Sequence record: DRR723986_2443
DNA length: 64,000 nucleotides
Direction: 5' to 3' (one strand)
Part shown: in pieces, positions 37,704 to 47,072 of the stretch
Layout of the letters: each line of letters starts with the position of its first letter
Position numbering within the stretch: the first letter of the stretch is position 1
Notes under the pieces: model-generated
Told to the model about the DNA's origin: nothing
The model's input: only the letters and a program-made list of their open reading frames with translations
The model's database searches: none
Made by a program: the position numbers and the translations under genes

Positions 37704-39911
37704 ATGACGGAAATTTCGACCGGCTCGGGTCAAAAAACATCGACTTTTGTTCGAATTTTGCAGGCTTTTTTCATTTTTTTCGGGTTTTTTATTCTGGGAT
37801 CAGCGGTTTGGCTTTACGACCCGCTACCAGAAAACCCGGATTATGCAACTTTGTCTGCAGATGCAGCCAACTATGATGCTGAAATAATTCGTGATAACTG
37901 GGGTGTGCCCCATATTTTTGGCAAGCGCGATGCCGACACCAGTTTTGGTCTAGCCTATGCCCACGCTGAAGATGATTTTGAAACCATTCAAGAGGTTGTT
38001 GCTGCTACTCGCGGCGTGCTCGCGCGCTACCGCGGTGCGGATGCTGCGGCCACGGACTATGTAGTATCGTTTTTGAATGTTTGGCCCACGATGGATGCGC
38101 ACTACGAAGCTGGTGTGCCGGACGATGTGAAAGCAATTGCAGAGGCCTACGCCGCTGGTGTTAACCTTTATGCTGCCGAGCATCCAGAGGCCACTTGGGC
38201 TGGTCTTGCGCCGTTTCGGGCGGAGGATGTTGTTGCGGGCTTTATTTTCAAAACCCCGTTTTTCTACGGGCTTGATAAAGTGATCAGGGGTTTGTTTGAA
38301 GGGGCAGAATCTCGTGAAGTTGCCCGCGCAATATCCTTGGCCCCCACCGAGAAAAACCGTGCTTTCACATTGGCGCCTGATAACGGTGCAGAACTTGGCT
38401 CTAACGCCATTGCAGTGTCGGCGGAGCGAGGCGGGGACGGTATCACCCGCTTGCTGATTAACTCGCACCAGCCGCTTTCCGGTCCGGTAGCTTGGTATGA
38501 GGCGCACTTGTCCTCCGAGGAAGGCCTGAATATGACAGGCGGACTGTTCCCCGGCACGCCGTTGGTATTACATGGGTTTAATGACCATTTGGGCTGGGCC
38601 AACACGGTTAATCATATCGATCTTTCCGATGTGTATGTGCTCACTCGTAACCCCGAGAACCCCCTGCAATATATGCTGGACGGCGAATGGGTTGATTTTG
38701 AAGTGACGGAAGTCACTTTGCCGGTCAAACTGTTTGGGCCGTTTGCTTATCCGGCCAAGCGCCCGCTGTTGCGCTCCAAACACGGGCCGGTGGTTGAGCG
38801 AGAGGGTGCCACTTATGCGCTGCGCTATACGGGCATGGGTGAAGTGCGTCAGCTTGAGCAATATTACCGGTTTAATCAGGCGGAAAACCTGGAAGACTTT
38901 ATGAATGCGATGGCCATGAACGCGCTGCCTAGCATTAACTATGTCTACGGCGATAAAGACAATAATATCGCCTTTATCCACAACGCACAGTACCCCAACA
39001 GACCTGATGGTTGGGACTGGAGCAAGGACATGCCGGGAGACCGGTCAGACCTTATTTGGCAAGGTTACAGGCCGTTTGCACAAGTACCCAAGCTTATCAA
39101 CCCGCAATCTGGCCTTCTGTTTAACGCTAACAACACGCCTTACACTGCCACCGATGGCCCTGACAACTTAACGCCTGCCATGTTCCCGCCCTCAATGGGT
39201 CTGGCAACCAATCAGACCAACCGCGCCCTGCGCTTGATAGAGCTAACAGACGGCACGTCCTTAATTGACCGGGAGCGCTTGCTTGAGATCAAATTTGATG
39301 ATGATTATTCACCGAAGTCACGCCCAGCGCGCCTGCGTGATTTGATGGTGAGCATGGACTGGAGCGCATACCCAGACCTATTGCCTGCAGTAGAACATAT
39401 GAAAGGCTGGGACCTTTCAGCCGATGTGGATAACCGGTACACAGCACTGGTGATTATGGCACTGCGCAAACAAAGCCGCAACGGCGCTGACGATGAAAGC
39501 CCGGCGGCAATGGCCGAGGCGCTGCGCTGGGCGGTGGACTATTTGACCACACACCACGGTGGAATCGATGTTCGCTGGGGCGATGTTAGCAGGCTGGTGC
39601 GCGGTGATGTGAATATCGAAATTGACGGAGGCCCAGACGTGCTTCGGGCGGTTTATGCTGCGGGCGACTATGAAGGGGGTATTGCACCCATGACCCACGG
39701 TGATACCTGGATTGGGCTGGTGGAATGGGACGCGGAGGGCCGCCAAACGGCTGATGTGATCCATAACTATGGTAGCGCTACATTAGACGAAACTTCCCCG
39801 CACTACGCGGACCAAGCCCCCTTGTTTGCCACTAAGAAATGGCGGCGGGCACTGACCACCCGTGCGGAGATTGAGGCAAATGCCACCCGTACTTACAGGC
39901 CCGGAAAGTAG
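37704..39911 (+). CDS. Penicillin acylase family (Ntn) acylase
   Basis: IRDNWGVPHI, AYAHAED, GSNAIAV (N-terminal nucleophile Ser), INSHQP, SPHYADQ; N-terminal TM anchor. Confidence 0.9.
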   Translation: MTEISTGSGQKTSTFVRILQAFFIFFGFFILGSAVWLYDPLPENPDYATLSADAANYDAEIIRDNWGVPHIFGKRDADTSFGLAYAHAEDDFETIQEVVAATRGVLARYRGADAAATDYVVSFLNVWPTMDAHYEAGVPDDVKAIAEAYAAGVNLYAAEHPEATWAGLAPFRAEDVVAGFIFKTPFFYGLDKVIRGLFEGAESREVARAISLAPTEKNRAFTLAPDNGAELGSNAIAVSAERGGDGITRLLINSHQPLSGPVAWYEAHLSSEEGLNMTGGLFPGTPLVLHGFNDHLGWANTVNHIDLSDVYVLTRNPENPLQYMLDGEWVDFEVTEVTLPVKLFGPFAYPAKRPLLRSKHGPVVEREGATYALRYTGMGEVRQLEQYYRFNQAENLEDFMNAMAMNALPSINYVYGDKDNNIAFIHNAQYPNRPDGWDWSKDMPGDRSDLIWQGYRPFAQVPKLINPQSGLLFNANNTPYTATDGPDNLTPAMFPPSMGLATNQTNRALRLIELTDGTSLIDRERLLEIKFDDDYSPKSRPARLRDLMVSMDWSAYPDLLPAVEHMKGWDLSADVDNRYTALVIMALRKQSRNGADDESPAAMAEALRWAVDYLTTHHGGIDVRWGDVSRLVRGDVNIEIDGGPDVLRAVYAAGDYEGGIAPMTHGDTWIGLVEWDAEGRQTADVIHNYGSATLDETSPHYADQAPLFATKKWRRALTTRAEIEANATRTYRPGK

Positions 39912-39931
39912 CAGAACAGGAGGATGCACAC

Positions 39932-40546
39932 ATGGCCATTGATGCCCCAATTAAATGTTCCTGCGGTGCTGTTACCGGCATGGCGCGCGGGCTTTCTGCT
40001 GGTTCCACCAATCATGTGAAATGCAGCTGTAAGGGCTGCCAAAGCTATGCGCATTTCCTTGGCCGCGCTGATGATATGCTGGACGAGGACGGTGGCAGCA
40101 ATATTTTCCAGATGGAGCCAAAAAACTTTGAGATTACCGAGGGTTTGAAGCATCTCGCGTGCATGCGAGTAACAAAGGACGGCCCGGTGCGTTGGTACAC
40201 GGACTGTTGCAAAACCCCGCTCGGTAATGGTTTCCCCACAGGCGGCACCCCCTTTCTGGGGGTGTTGCCTATTTGCCTTGGCCACAAGGGCGCCTCAGAT
40301 GCAGTTGTGGAACTGGTTGGCCCGGTGCGCGGGCACATCAATCAGCAAAATCCTATTGGGCTAGGGGAGAAGTTACGCAACGGCGGCATGTTGGTGCGTT
40401 TTGCCTTCAAGCTGTTAGGTTGGCGTATTCGCGGCGGCAAATCATGGAAACCATTCTTTGATAAGGACAGCCTGCGCCCTATCCGCGAGCCATTGATCAT
40501 CAGCGATGACGAACGCATCGCGCTAGAGGTCAAAGCCGGATTTTAA
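39932..40546 (+). CDS. DUF6151-like protein (GFA-like Cys motifs)
   Basis: CSCG...CSCKGCQSYAHFL, RWYTDCCKTPLGN. Confidence 0.75.
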   Translation: MAIDAPIKCSCGAVTGMARGLSAGSTNHVKCSCKGCQSYAHFLGRADDMLDEDGGSNIFQMEPKNFEITEGLKHLACMRVTKDGPVRWYTDCCKTPLGNGFPTGGTPFLGVLPICLGHKGASDAVVELVGPVRGHINQQNPIGLGEKLRNGGMLVRFAFKLLGWRIRGGKSWKPFFDKDSLRPIREPLIISDDERIALEVKAGF

Positions 40547-40639
40547 GGTTTCAATGCAAGGAACAAAGCCTGCATGAGTTTCTCTCGTCTGCCCTGATCA
40601 AACCTCAGCATTGTGAATTGCTAAGTAACACTGGTAATT

Positions 40640-41161
40640 TTATCTGGTGACCACGTCGCGGTACATGGGCGCGAGTTTCGCCAACAGTTTATTTTGGCTA
40701 CTGAACGGAACGCCTTCTTTGTTCATGGCTTGCTGCATAAGTTCAACCAGAATGTTGAACTCGCGCCGGGTTACACCTTGATCTTTATGGGAGGCTTTCA
40801 TTGTTTGGCCGGTGTAGGTGCAGGGGCCACCAAGCAAGTAACACAGCTGTTCCTTGAGCGTGCGGCGCAGGCGCACCAAATCACTGGCCCGGAAAATGTT
40901 TTTCGTGCGCGGGTCGGTGGTCAGGCGGGCAACCAAATCATCAGTTATTCTGTCAATGCCTTCCTTGCCGTTAAAGGCCTTGAAAAGCTTGTCATTCTCA
41001 AAGGGTTCAGCACCGGCGTTGGCGTTGCTTTGAACATAGGGCTTAACGGCATATTCGCCGTTTGGCAGTTTTTTCTCAATATCATCCTCAGCATCCTGCG
41101 CCAATGAAACGGTGGGCGCCGCCAAAAGCATTACTGCTGCAAATAGCAACTTTATGTCCAT
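40640..41161 (-). CDS. Group I truncated hemoglobin with signal peptide
   Basis: LFKAFNGKEGI, DPR..IF, GGPCTYTG, proximal His in MKASH; Sec signal ending SLA-Q. Confidence 0.88.
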   Translation of the reverse strand: MDIKLLFAAVMLLAAPTVSLAQDAEDDIEKKLPNGEYAVKPYVQSNANAGAEPFENDKLFKAFNGKEGIDRITDDLVARLTTDPRTKNIFRASDLVRLRRTLKEQLCYLLGGPCTYTGQTMKASHKDQGVTRREFNILVELMQQAMNKEGVPFSSQNKLLAKLAPMYRDVVTR

Positions 41162-41162
41162 A

Positions 41163-42038
41163 TTAAAATCCTATCTGTGCCGTCAGGTACACGCCTTGTT
41201 GGTTTTCAAAGGTCACCACATCACCCAAGTTGCCGTATGCAGCCGTTAGGGTGAAATTTTCGGTTGGGGCATAGGCGATAAACACATCAAACCAGTCGTC
41301 TTCGTTCGCGAAGGCGAGGCTATTTGGTTTGAAGCGATATTCACCACCAATAATAAGTTTTCGGGATAGCAGGTAGCCTACAGAAAACTCTGGTTGGATT
41401 GTGGCTTGCGGCCCGAAGCCCAGGAAACCACCTTGGTTGGCGCGGGTGCGGCGCAGTGTTGCGTTTACGAGTAAACTTTGGCTGAGAAACAGTTTTGTTG
41501 CAGAGATGTACAGGTCCACCCCTTCGTTGTCTTCCGCGCCCAAGGCCTGCACCAAACCAGCTTGATTATTGCGTTTATAGAGCGCACCGACGGATATCTG
41601 CGGCAGCAGTGTGTGCTGGTCCAAAACCGCATCACCAATTAAGCGCACTTTGGCGCCGAAAACGTCTTGGTTTATGGTAAAGCCCGCACCCAACCCCAGC
41701 GCGGCACCTGCTTCTTGTGTATCGAAAGCCTGCCTCGAATATGATAGTTCAAACCGGTCGAAAAATCCAACCGCTGCGCCGTAACTTGTGACCTTAAAGT
41801 CATTCACTGACACATGCGTGTAATGCGCTGTAGCACCAATGCCGCGGTCAGTTTCATTGCCGGTGATGATGGCCCACGGTGTAAGGGCACCGCCGCCGCT
41901 ACCTTCCAAAGCGGAAATGCCGCGTGTCAGCAATAGTTTGCCGCCAACCTCAAGGTCGTCAGCGCTGGCAAACTGAGAAGAAAAAATTAGGCCTAACGCG
42001 GCAATAAGTAAGGTCTTGGGTGTCATAATTTTGTTCAC
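41163..42038 (-). CDS. DUF3034-like outer-membrane beta-barrel protein
   Basis: GKLLLTRGISALEGSGGGALTPWAII, LPQISVG, GEYRFKP; C-terminal YLTAQIGF barrel signal. Start may be ATG 42026. Confidence 0.82.
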   Translation of the reverse strand: MNKIMTPKTLLIAALGLIFSSQFASADDLEVGGKLLLTRGISALEGSGGGALTPWAIITGNETDRGIGATAHYTHVSVNDFKVTSYGAAVGFFDRFELSYSRQAFDTQEAGAALGLGAGFTINQDVFGAKVRLIGDAVLDQHTLLPQISVGALYKRNNQAGLVQALGAEDNEGVDLYISATKLFLSQSLLVNATLRRTRANQGGFLGFGPQATIQPEFSVGYLLSRKLIIGGEYRFKPNSLAFANEDDWFDVFIAYAPTENFTLTAAYGNLGDVVTFENQQGVYLTAQIGF

Positions 42039-42163
42039 CGGTTGATATCAGGTCTGTGTACTCTTGAAATTGACGCTAATTGACATGGGTTAATTATACC
42101 TTAAAAGTGATGCCTACTCTGGAGTTAACTGTTCCGTAATTTCTTGCTTGGTATGGTGCCTTT

Positions 42164-42769
42164 ATGAAGACGCTGTGTATTATTTTATTGAGCCTTTTTT
42201 GCTCTGCCACAGGGTATGCTGACGCATTACCTGTAAAAGTAGTGGATGCGGGCGGCTCGCCCGTTGAAAACGCTATTATTACGCTAGAGCGGTCTGACGG
42301 GGAAAGCAAGATTGCGCCCGATGCCGATACCGAAAACTACAGAATGTCTCAGCGTAATTTACAGTTCCGCCCGTTTGTCCTCGTCGTACCTGTCGGCGCG
42401 GAGGTAGAGTTTCCCAATTTGGACCGGGTTCGTCACCACGTATATTCTTTTTCCAAGGGAAATCGGTTCCAATTGAAGTTATACGGCCGCGAAGAAGCCC
42501 GGTTTGTCACCTTTGAAAATGCGGGTGTGGCAGCCATTGGCTGTAACATTCATGATGACATGCTTGCCTTTATCAAAGTTACCGATGCTGTTGTGGTGGG
42601 TAAAACAGACGCTTTGGGCCAAGTAGAACTTGAGATGTCAAATGGAGAAGGCCGCATAAAAATATGGCATCCGTTCATTAAGGGTAATGAGATTGAGGTT
42701 GATCTTAGCCAGCAAGTTGCCGGTGAAGAAATGGTCATATCTATTGAAATAACGGACCCGTCTCAGTAG
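42164..42769 (+). CDS. Exported cupredoxin-domain protein (often annotated 'methylamine utilization protein')
   Basis: FPNLDRVRHHVYSFS ... GCNIHDDM (His, Cys-x2-His-x2-Met type-1 Cu ligands); signal peptide. Confidence 0.82.
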   Translation: MKTLCIILLSLFCSATGYADALPVKVVDAGGSPVENAIITLERSDGESKIAPDADTENYRMSQRNLQFRPFVLVVPVGAEVEFPNLDRVRHHVYSFSKGNRFQLKLYGREEARFVTFENAGVAAIGCNIHDDMLAFIKVTDAVVVGKTDALGQVELEMSNGEGRIKIWHPFIKGNEIEVDLSQQVAGEEMVISIEITDPSQ

Positions 42770-42771
42770 CT

Positions 42772-45009
42772 ATGTTCAAGCAGTTAAGAACAAAATTGAC
42801 CATTGTTTATTGCCTGCTATTCGCAACGGTTATTTCAGTTATTTCTTTTGCAGGCTTTCTTTATATTCAGGCCAATACTGAACAAACGATCAATCGAGAA
42901 CTGGTGAACTCAGTCGGCGTTTTTGAGAAGCTGTGGGACCTGCGCCGCGCGGGCTTGAGAGATAGTTTGGAAGTGGTTTCCAAGGATTTTGGTTTCAGGG
43001 AAGCGGTTGCAACAGAAGATATTCCCACCATTCAATCATCCCTTGCTAATTTGCAGCAAAGGCTGGAGTTGGAGATTGTTTTTGTCGTCACCAGAGCGGG
43101 CGAGGTCATTTCATATGACGAAACCGGGGCTTTGGATACAGACGGCAAGATATATGCCCACTTGCAATCTAATGATACATCCACGGGTGCCTTTTCATTG
43201 AACGGTTCGGTTTACCAAGCGGTTTCTGCACCCATATTAGCACCAACAAAAATGGGCTGGCTTGTTCTTGCGGACGAGCAAGACAGGGAACAATTGCAGG
43301 CTGTTGAAGACCTCACACCTGTACCGGTTTCTGCGACATTAGTATTGGGCGCGAGTGAACAGCAACAAACTCTTACAAAAAGCGATGCTTATCTTTCAAT
43401 CATCAAACCAATCGAGAATTTTTTCGGTGAGCTTGGCCCTCATATCAGTATCACTTTTCCCGTTGAGTTGGCGTTAGAGCCATATGAATCGCTGCTGTTT
43501 GCAATCGCCACTTTCTCGGCGCTAGGCATGATTGTTATTGTGTTTGCAACCTGGCGGTTATCCTCGGATCTGACCAAGCCGATTTCGAGATTGGACCGCG
43601 CGGTGCGCGCCTTTGCGACTGGCGAGAAGGTCGCGGTTGATGTGCGCTCTAATGATGAAGTGAGCAGGCTTGCGGGAAATTTCAATTTAATGGTTGAAGA
43701 AATAACAGACCGCGAAAGTGAAATCATTCGCCTGTCAGAGGAAGACAGTGAAACGCAACTGCCCAATAGACGCGCAATTGAGGGACAACTTGATCAGTTA
43801 GAATCGTTGGACAAAACACTAGCTATTACGCTGCGTATAAAGCGTTTTGGCCACATAAGAAACGCCATTGGCCATCGACTGGCTGCTCAATTGTTGGTGG
43901 AGTTGCGCCAGAGAATTGAGGATATTTTTGATGATGTTGTGGTAGCACGAACGGGTGCCTCGGATGTGTCATTTCTTCTTCCATTAAGAGACTTGGAGGA
44001 ACAAACAGCAGAGCTGGCGGTTGTTGTAACGGATTGCGCCCGGCCAGTTCAATTTGAAGACGGTGACGTTGATTTGCTTTTATGTTGCGGTGTTGCATTA
44101 GGTATTCAAAGTCATGTCTTGCCCATATCATTGGTTGACCAAGCCATTGTTGCCGCTGACCAAGCCGAGCGGGAACACAGACAAATATCTGTTTTCAATA
44201 TTGATGACTACGGCCAGCCAAGCGAGACACTTTCGTTGATGAGTGAAATGATCACGGGATTGCGTGATCGGGACTTGTTTTTAGCACTACAACCCAAATT
44301 ATGTTTACGCACGGGCGCTGTCACAAGCTTTGAAGCGCTTATTCGCTGGAAGCATCCGGAGCGAGGCTTTATTTTCCCCGATCAGTTTATTCCGATGGCG
44401 GAAGAAACCGGCTATATTAAGCAACTAACCGAATGGGTTGTTTCTGAGGCGCTGGTCCAACAAAGTAGCCTGCGCGAGCATGGCTATGATTTGCCGATTG
44501 CTGTTAATGTTTCGGGACGCCAGTTAACCGATAAAAGTTTTATTCACTGGGCCATATCTGCCTGCAAAAAGGCAAAGGGTTCTTTGTATTTTGAAGTAAC
44601 AGAAACTGCCATTATCGCTGATATGACGATTGCAAGCGAACTGATGGTGTTGCTGAAAAAAAATGGTATTCGCATTTCTATCGATGACTATGGAACCGGC
44701 CAATCGTCTTTGTCGTACCTGCAGCAAATACCGGCGGATGAGTTAAAAATTGATCGATGTTTTGTCATGAACCTTGTTAAAAGTGAACAAGACAAATTGT
44801 TGATTAAGTCCACCGTTGAAATTGCTCATGCGATGGGCATGGCCGTGGTTGCAGAGGGCGTGGAAGACGCTGAAACGCTGGAAATTCTCAAAAACTATCA
44901 TGTTGATACGGCACAAGGGTATCATATTATGCGGCCGGCTGCGCTCCCAGAGGCACTCGAGTTTCTTAAAAAGCACAATCAAGAGAGTTTGATAGGCGCG
45001 TTAAGTTAA
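42772..45009 (+). CDS. Membrane sensor-HAMP-degenerate GGDEF-EAL c-di-GMP phosphodiesterase
   Basis: Two TM helices flanking a periplasmic domain; HAMP (DEVSRLAGNFN); GGDEF site reads GASDV; EAL domain intact (QPK, EALIRW, VNVS, EVTE, DDYGTG, KID, AEGVE, QG). Confidence 0.9.
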   Translation: MFKQLRTKLTIVYCLLFATVISVISFAGFLYIQANTEQTINRELVNSVGVFEKLWDLRRAGLRDSLEVVSKDFGFREAVATEDIPTIQSSLANLQQRLELEIVFVVTRAGEVISYDETGALDTDGKIYAHLQSNDTSTGAFSLNGSVYQAVSAPILAPTKMGWLVLADEQDREQLQAVEDLTPVPVSATLVLGASEQQQTLTKSDAYLSIIKPIENFFGELGPHISITFPVELALEPYESLLFAIATFSALGMIVIVFATWRLSSDLTKPISRLDRAVRAFATGEKVAVDVRSNDEVSRLAGNFNLMVEEITDRESEIIRLSEEDSETQLPNRRAIEGQLDQLESLDKTLAITLRIKRFGHIRNAIGHRLAAQLLVELRQRIEDIFDDVVVARTGASDVSFLLPLRDLEEQTAELAVVVTDCARPVQFEDGDVDLLLCCGVALGIQSHVLPISLVDQAIVAADQAEREHRQISVFNIDDYGQPSETLSLMSEMITGLRDRDLFLALQPKLCLRTGAVTSFEALIRWKHPERGFIFPDQFIPMAEETGYIKQLTEWVVSEALVQQSSLREHGYDLPIAVNVSGRQLTDKSFIHWAISACKKAKGSLYFEVTETAIIADMTIASELMVLLKKNGIRISIDDYGTGQSSLSYLQQIPADELKIDRCFVMNLVKSEQDKLLIKSTVEIAHAMGMAVVAEGVEDAETLEILKNYHVDTAQGYHIMRPAALPEALEFLKKHNQESLIGALS

Positions 45010-46358
45010 TCGCCGATAATATGCAGGTTGGTTTGGCGGCCATTGATGTAACGAACTGATTTGCCATCAAAAAACGCGTCTTCCTCAAGCATAATACGCA
45101 CTTTTTGACCACCCCATTCCGGGATCGGTACGGTGGCGTTCAACTCAATCGACCATGCGGTGTTTGCAACCACCGGATAGTAGCCGCGGCCGGGAACACC
45201 GCCTTGATTGTCCCACATACCGATAGTGGCACCGGCTGCATGGCCGTGATAGCCAATGGGATGGGTGTATATGCTGGGTACAATGCCTTCCGAAACAGCT
45301 TGCTTGCGGCTCGCCGCTAAAACCGCGTCACCGCTAAGGCCAACCTTATAATTACTGGTCAAAATGTCTTGCAGCCGGTTACCAACAGCCAGCGCCTTCT
45401 TGATACCTTCAGGCGCATCTGTTTCGCCTTCTTTTAGAATGTAGCCATGATGCTGGGTGTCTGTATTCAACCCAATATACTTGATACCAAAGTCCACATG
45501 GATAAGGTCTCCGCGCCGAATGACGCTGTCTTTAGCCGGGTCAAACAGCTCCAGCATGGTTTGGCCGTTATCGTCCAAGGTGCGCCGCTGGATTGATACT
45601 GTGGGGTGAAACCATGTGATCACCCCTTGCTCTCTAATTTTGTCACGGTACCACCACATAACGTCAGCGGTGGTGGTAATGCCCGGTTCGATTACTTTAG
45701 AGGAAAAGCCTTCTGCGATAATCGCGTGGGCTAGATTGACAATATGAGGGTATTTCTCCATTTCAGCTGGAATGCGGCGTTCAAGCCAACCAATTGCTAA
45801 AGCAGGATCATAGACAATACGCTGCTGCAGATCAGGGCCTATGGCTTTGATCAGGTCTTGGTGTTGGCTGTGGCTCATGCCGTCAGCAAGGGCGAAAGTG
45901 CCTGAAACATTCAGGGCAATTTTGTTCGGGTTACGTGCTTTAATCAGGTCGGCAAGGCGTTGCCATTGGTCAGGGTCTTGCTCAGGGTTCCACGCCGCCT
46001 CGAAAAATTTTCCAACCGGATAGCGGCTGACAGCCAAACGTTCAACGCTGTTACCGTTATCATAAAACATTAAAACTGTGCGGCGCCGTGCTGATATCCA
46101 GGTGGCAGGCAACATGGTTTTTACCACGGGGTCTTCATTGTATTCGCGGGCAACCAGCACCCACATATCAATACCACGATCACGCATTACTGCCGGAATG
46201 ACATTGTCCAGTCGTTCTTCTAGCCATGCATCTTGCAGTGCTGCGCGCTCCTGCATCGACAATACGGTAGGATAGTCGTAAGTTTCTGTTGCATTTGAGC
46301 TTTGAAATATACTTACGGTCAGACCTAAGAATATACTTGCTACTGTGGCTAGTTTCAT
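45006..46358 (-). CDS. M24 family metallopeptidase (Xaa-Pro peptidase-like), exported
   Basis: HVDFG, TDTQ, THPIGYHGH, SIEL, LEED metal-ligand motifs; signal peptide. Confidence 0.85.
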   Translation of the reverse strand: MKLATVASIFLGLTVSIFQSSNATETYDYPTVLSMQERAALQDAWLEERLDNVIPAVMRDRGIDMWVLVAREYNEDPVVKTMLPATWISARRRTVLMFYDNGNSVERLAVSRYPVGKFFEAAWNPEQDPDQWQRLADLIKARNPNKIALNVSGTFALADGMSHSQHQDLIKAIGPDLQQRIVYDPALAIGWLERRIPAEMEKYPHIVNLAHAIIAEGFSSKVIEPGITTTADVMWWYRDKIREQGVITWFHPTVSIQRRTLDDNGQTMLELFDPAKDSVIRRGDLIHVDFGIKYIGLNTDTQHHGYILKEGETDAPEGIKKALAVGNRLQDILTSNYKVGLSGDAVLAASRKQAVSEGIVPSIYTHPIGYHGHAAGATIGMWDNQGGVPGRGYYPVVANTAWSIELNATVPIPEWGGQKVRIMLEEDAFFDGKSVRYINGRQTNLHIIGD

Positions 46359-46450
46359 AATGTATCCCTGTTTTTAGTACCCTGATACCATATTAAAAAG
46401 CTTATTGCCGCCGGGTACAAGGAGAAGCTTTGGGAGGGTTTCACATTCGG

Positions 46451-46924
46451 TTAGGCTAAAGCATGGATGCCAACCTCTTTCACCGCCTGCATAGCAACAA
46501 AACTGGATGTGTGCGCGACATGGGGCAGGGTGGAAATTTTCTCACCTAAAACCTTACGGTATGCATTTATGTCTTTTGAGCGCACCTTGAGCAGATAATC
46601 AAAGGAACCAGCAATCATGTGGCATTGCTCTATTTCCGGGATTTTACGAACTGCTATGTTGAAGGCTTCCAGCGACTTTTCTGTTGTGTTGCTTAATTTT
46701 ACTTCGGCAAAGGCGACATGCTCGCGTTCAAGCTTTGCATCATTCAGAACAGCTCGAAATCCCAGAATGTAACCGTTCTTTTGCAGGCGCTTTAATCTTA
46801 CCTGGCACGGACTTTTGGACAGGCCCACACGGTCTGCAAGTTCAGTAACTGCCATGCGGCCGTCAGCTTCCAGTAGGCTTAATATTCGATTGTCTATTCG
46901 GTCTAATTGGCTGATTTTTTCCAT
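46451..46924 (-). CDS. putR: Lrp/AsnC regulator PutR
   Basis: LDRIDNRIL...LSKSPCQVRLKRL, CHMIAGSFDYLLKV; divergent from putA. Confidence 0.85.
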   Translation of the reverse strand: MEKISQLDRIDNRILSLLEADGRMAVTELADRVGLSKSPCQVRLKRLQKNGYILGFRAVLNDAKLEREHVAFAEVKLSNTTEKSLEAFNIAVRKIPEIEQCHMIAGSFDYLLKVRSKDINAYRKVLGEKISTLPHVAHTSSFVAMQAVKEVGIHALA

Positions 46925-47072
46925 AATAATTTATCTATTTCCTTTAAAATTACACAATTTAAGCACTAATTTTCTTATTTGGTAAGAAAAAAGGCGATAA
47001 GGCTTTACGGAAAAAACTAAACTAATCGCTCATTTTGGTGCTGTAACCACCAGTATTTGCAGGACAAGCCTT

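Noticed and set aside
42164-42769. Methylamine dehydrogenase (mau) pathway
   Set aside because: No mauA, mauB or mauG-like genes in the window; the label is only a generic family annotation
43740-44200. Active diguanylate cyclase
   Set aside because: The GGDEF position reads GASDV and the upstream metal-binding Asp appears absent
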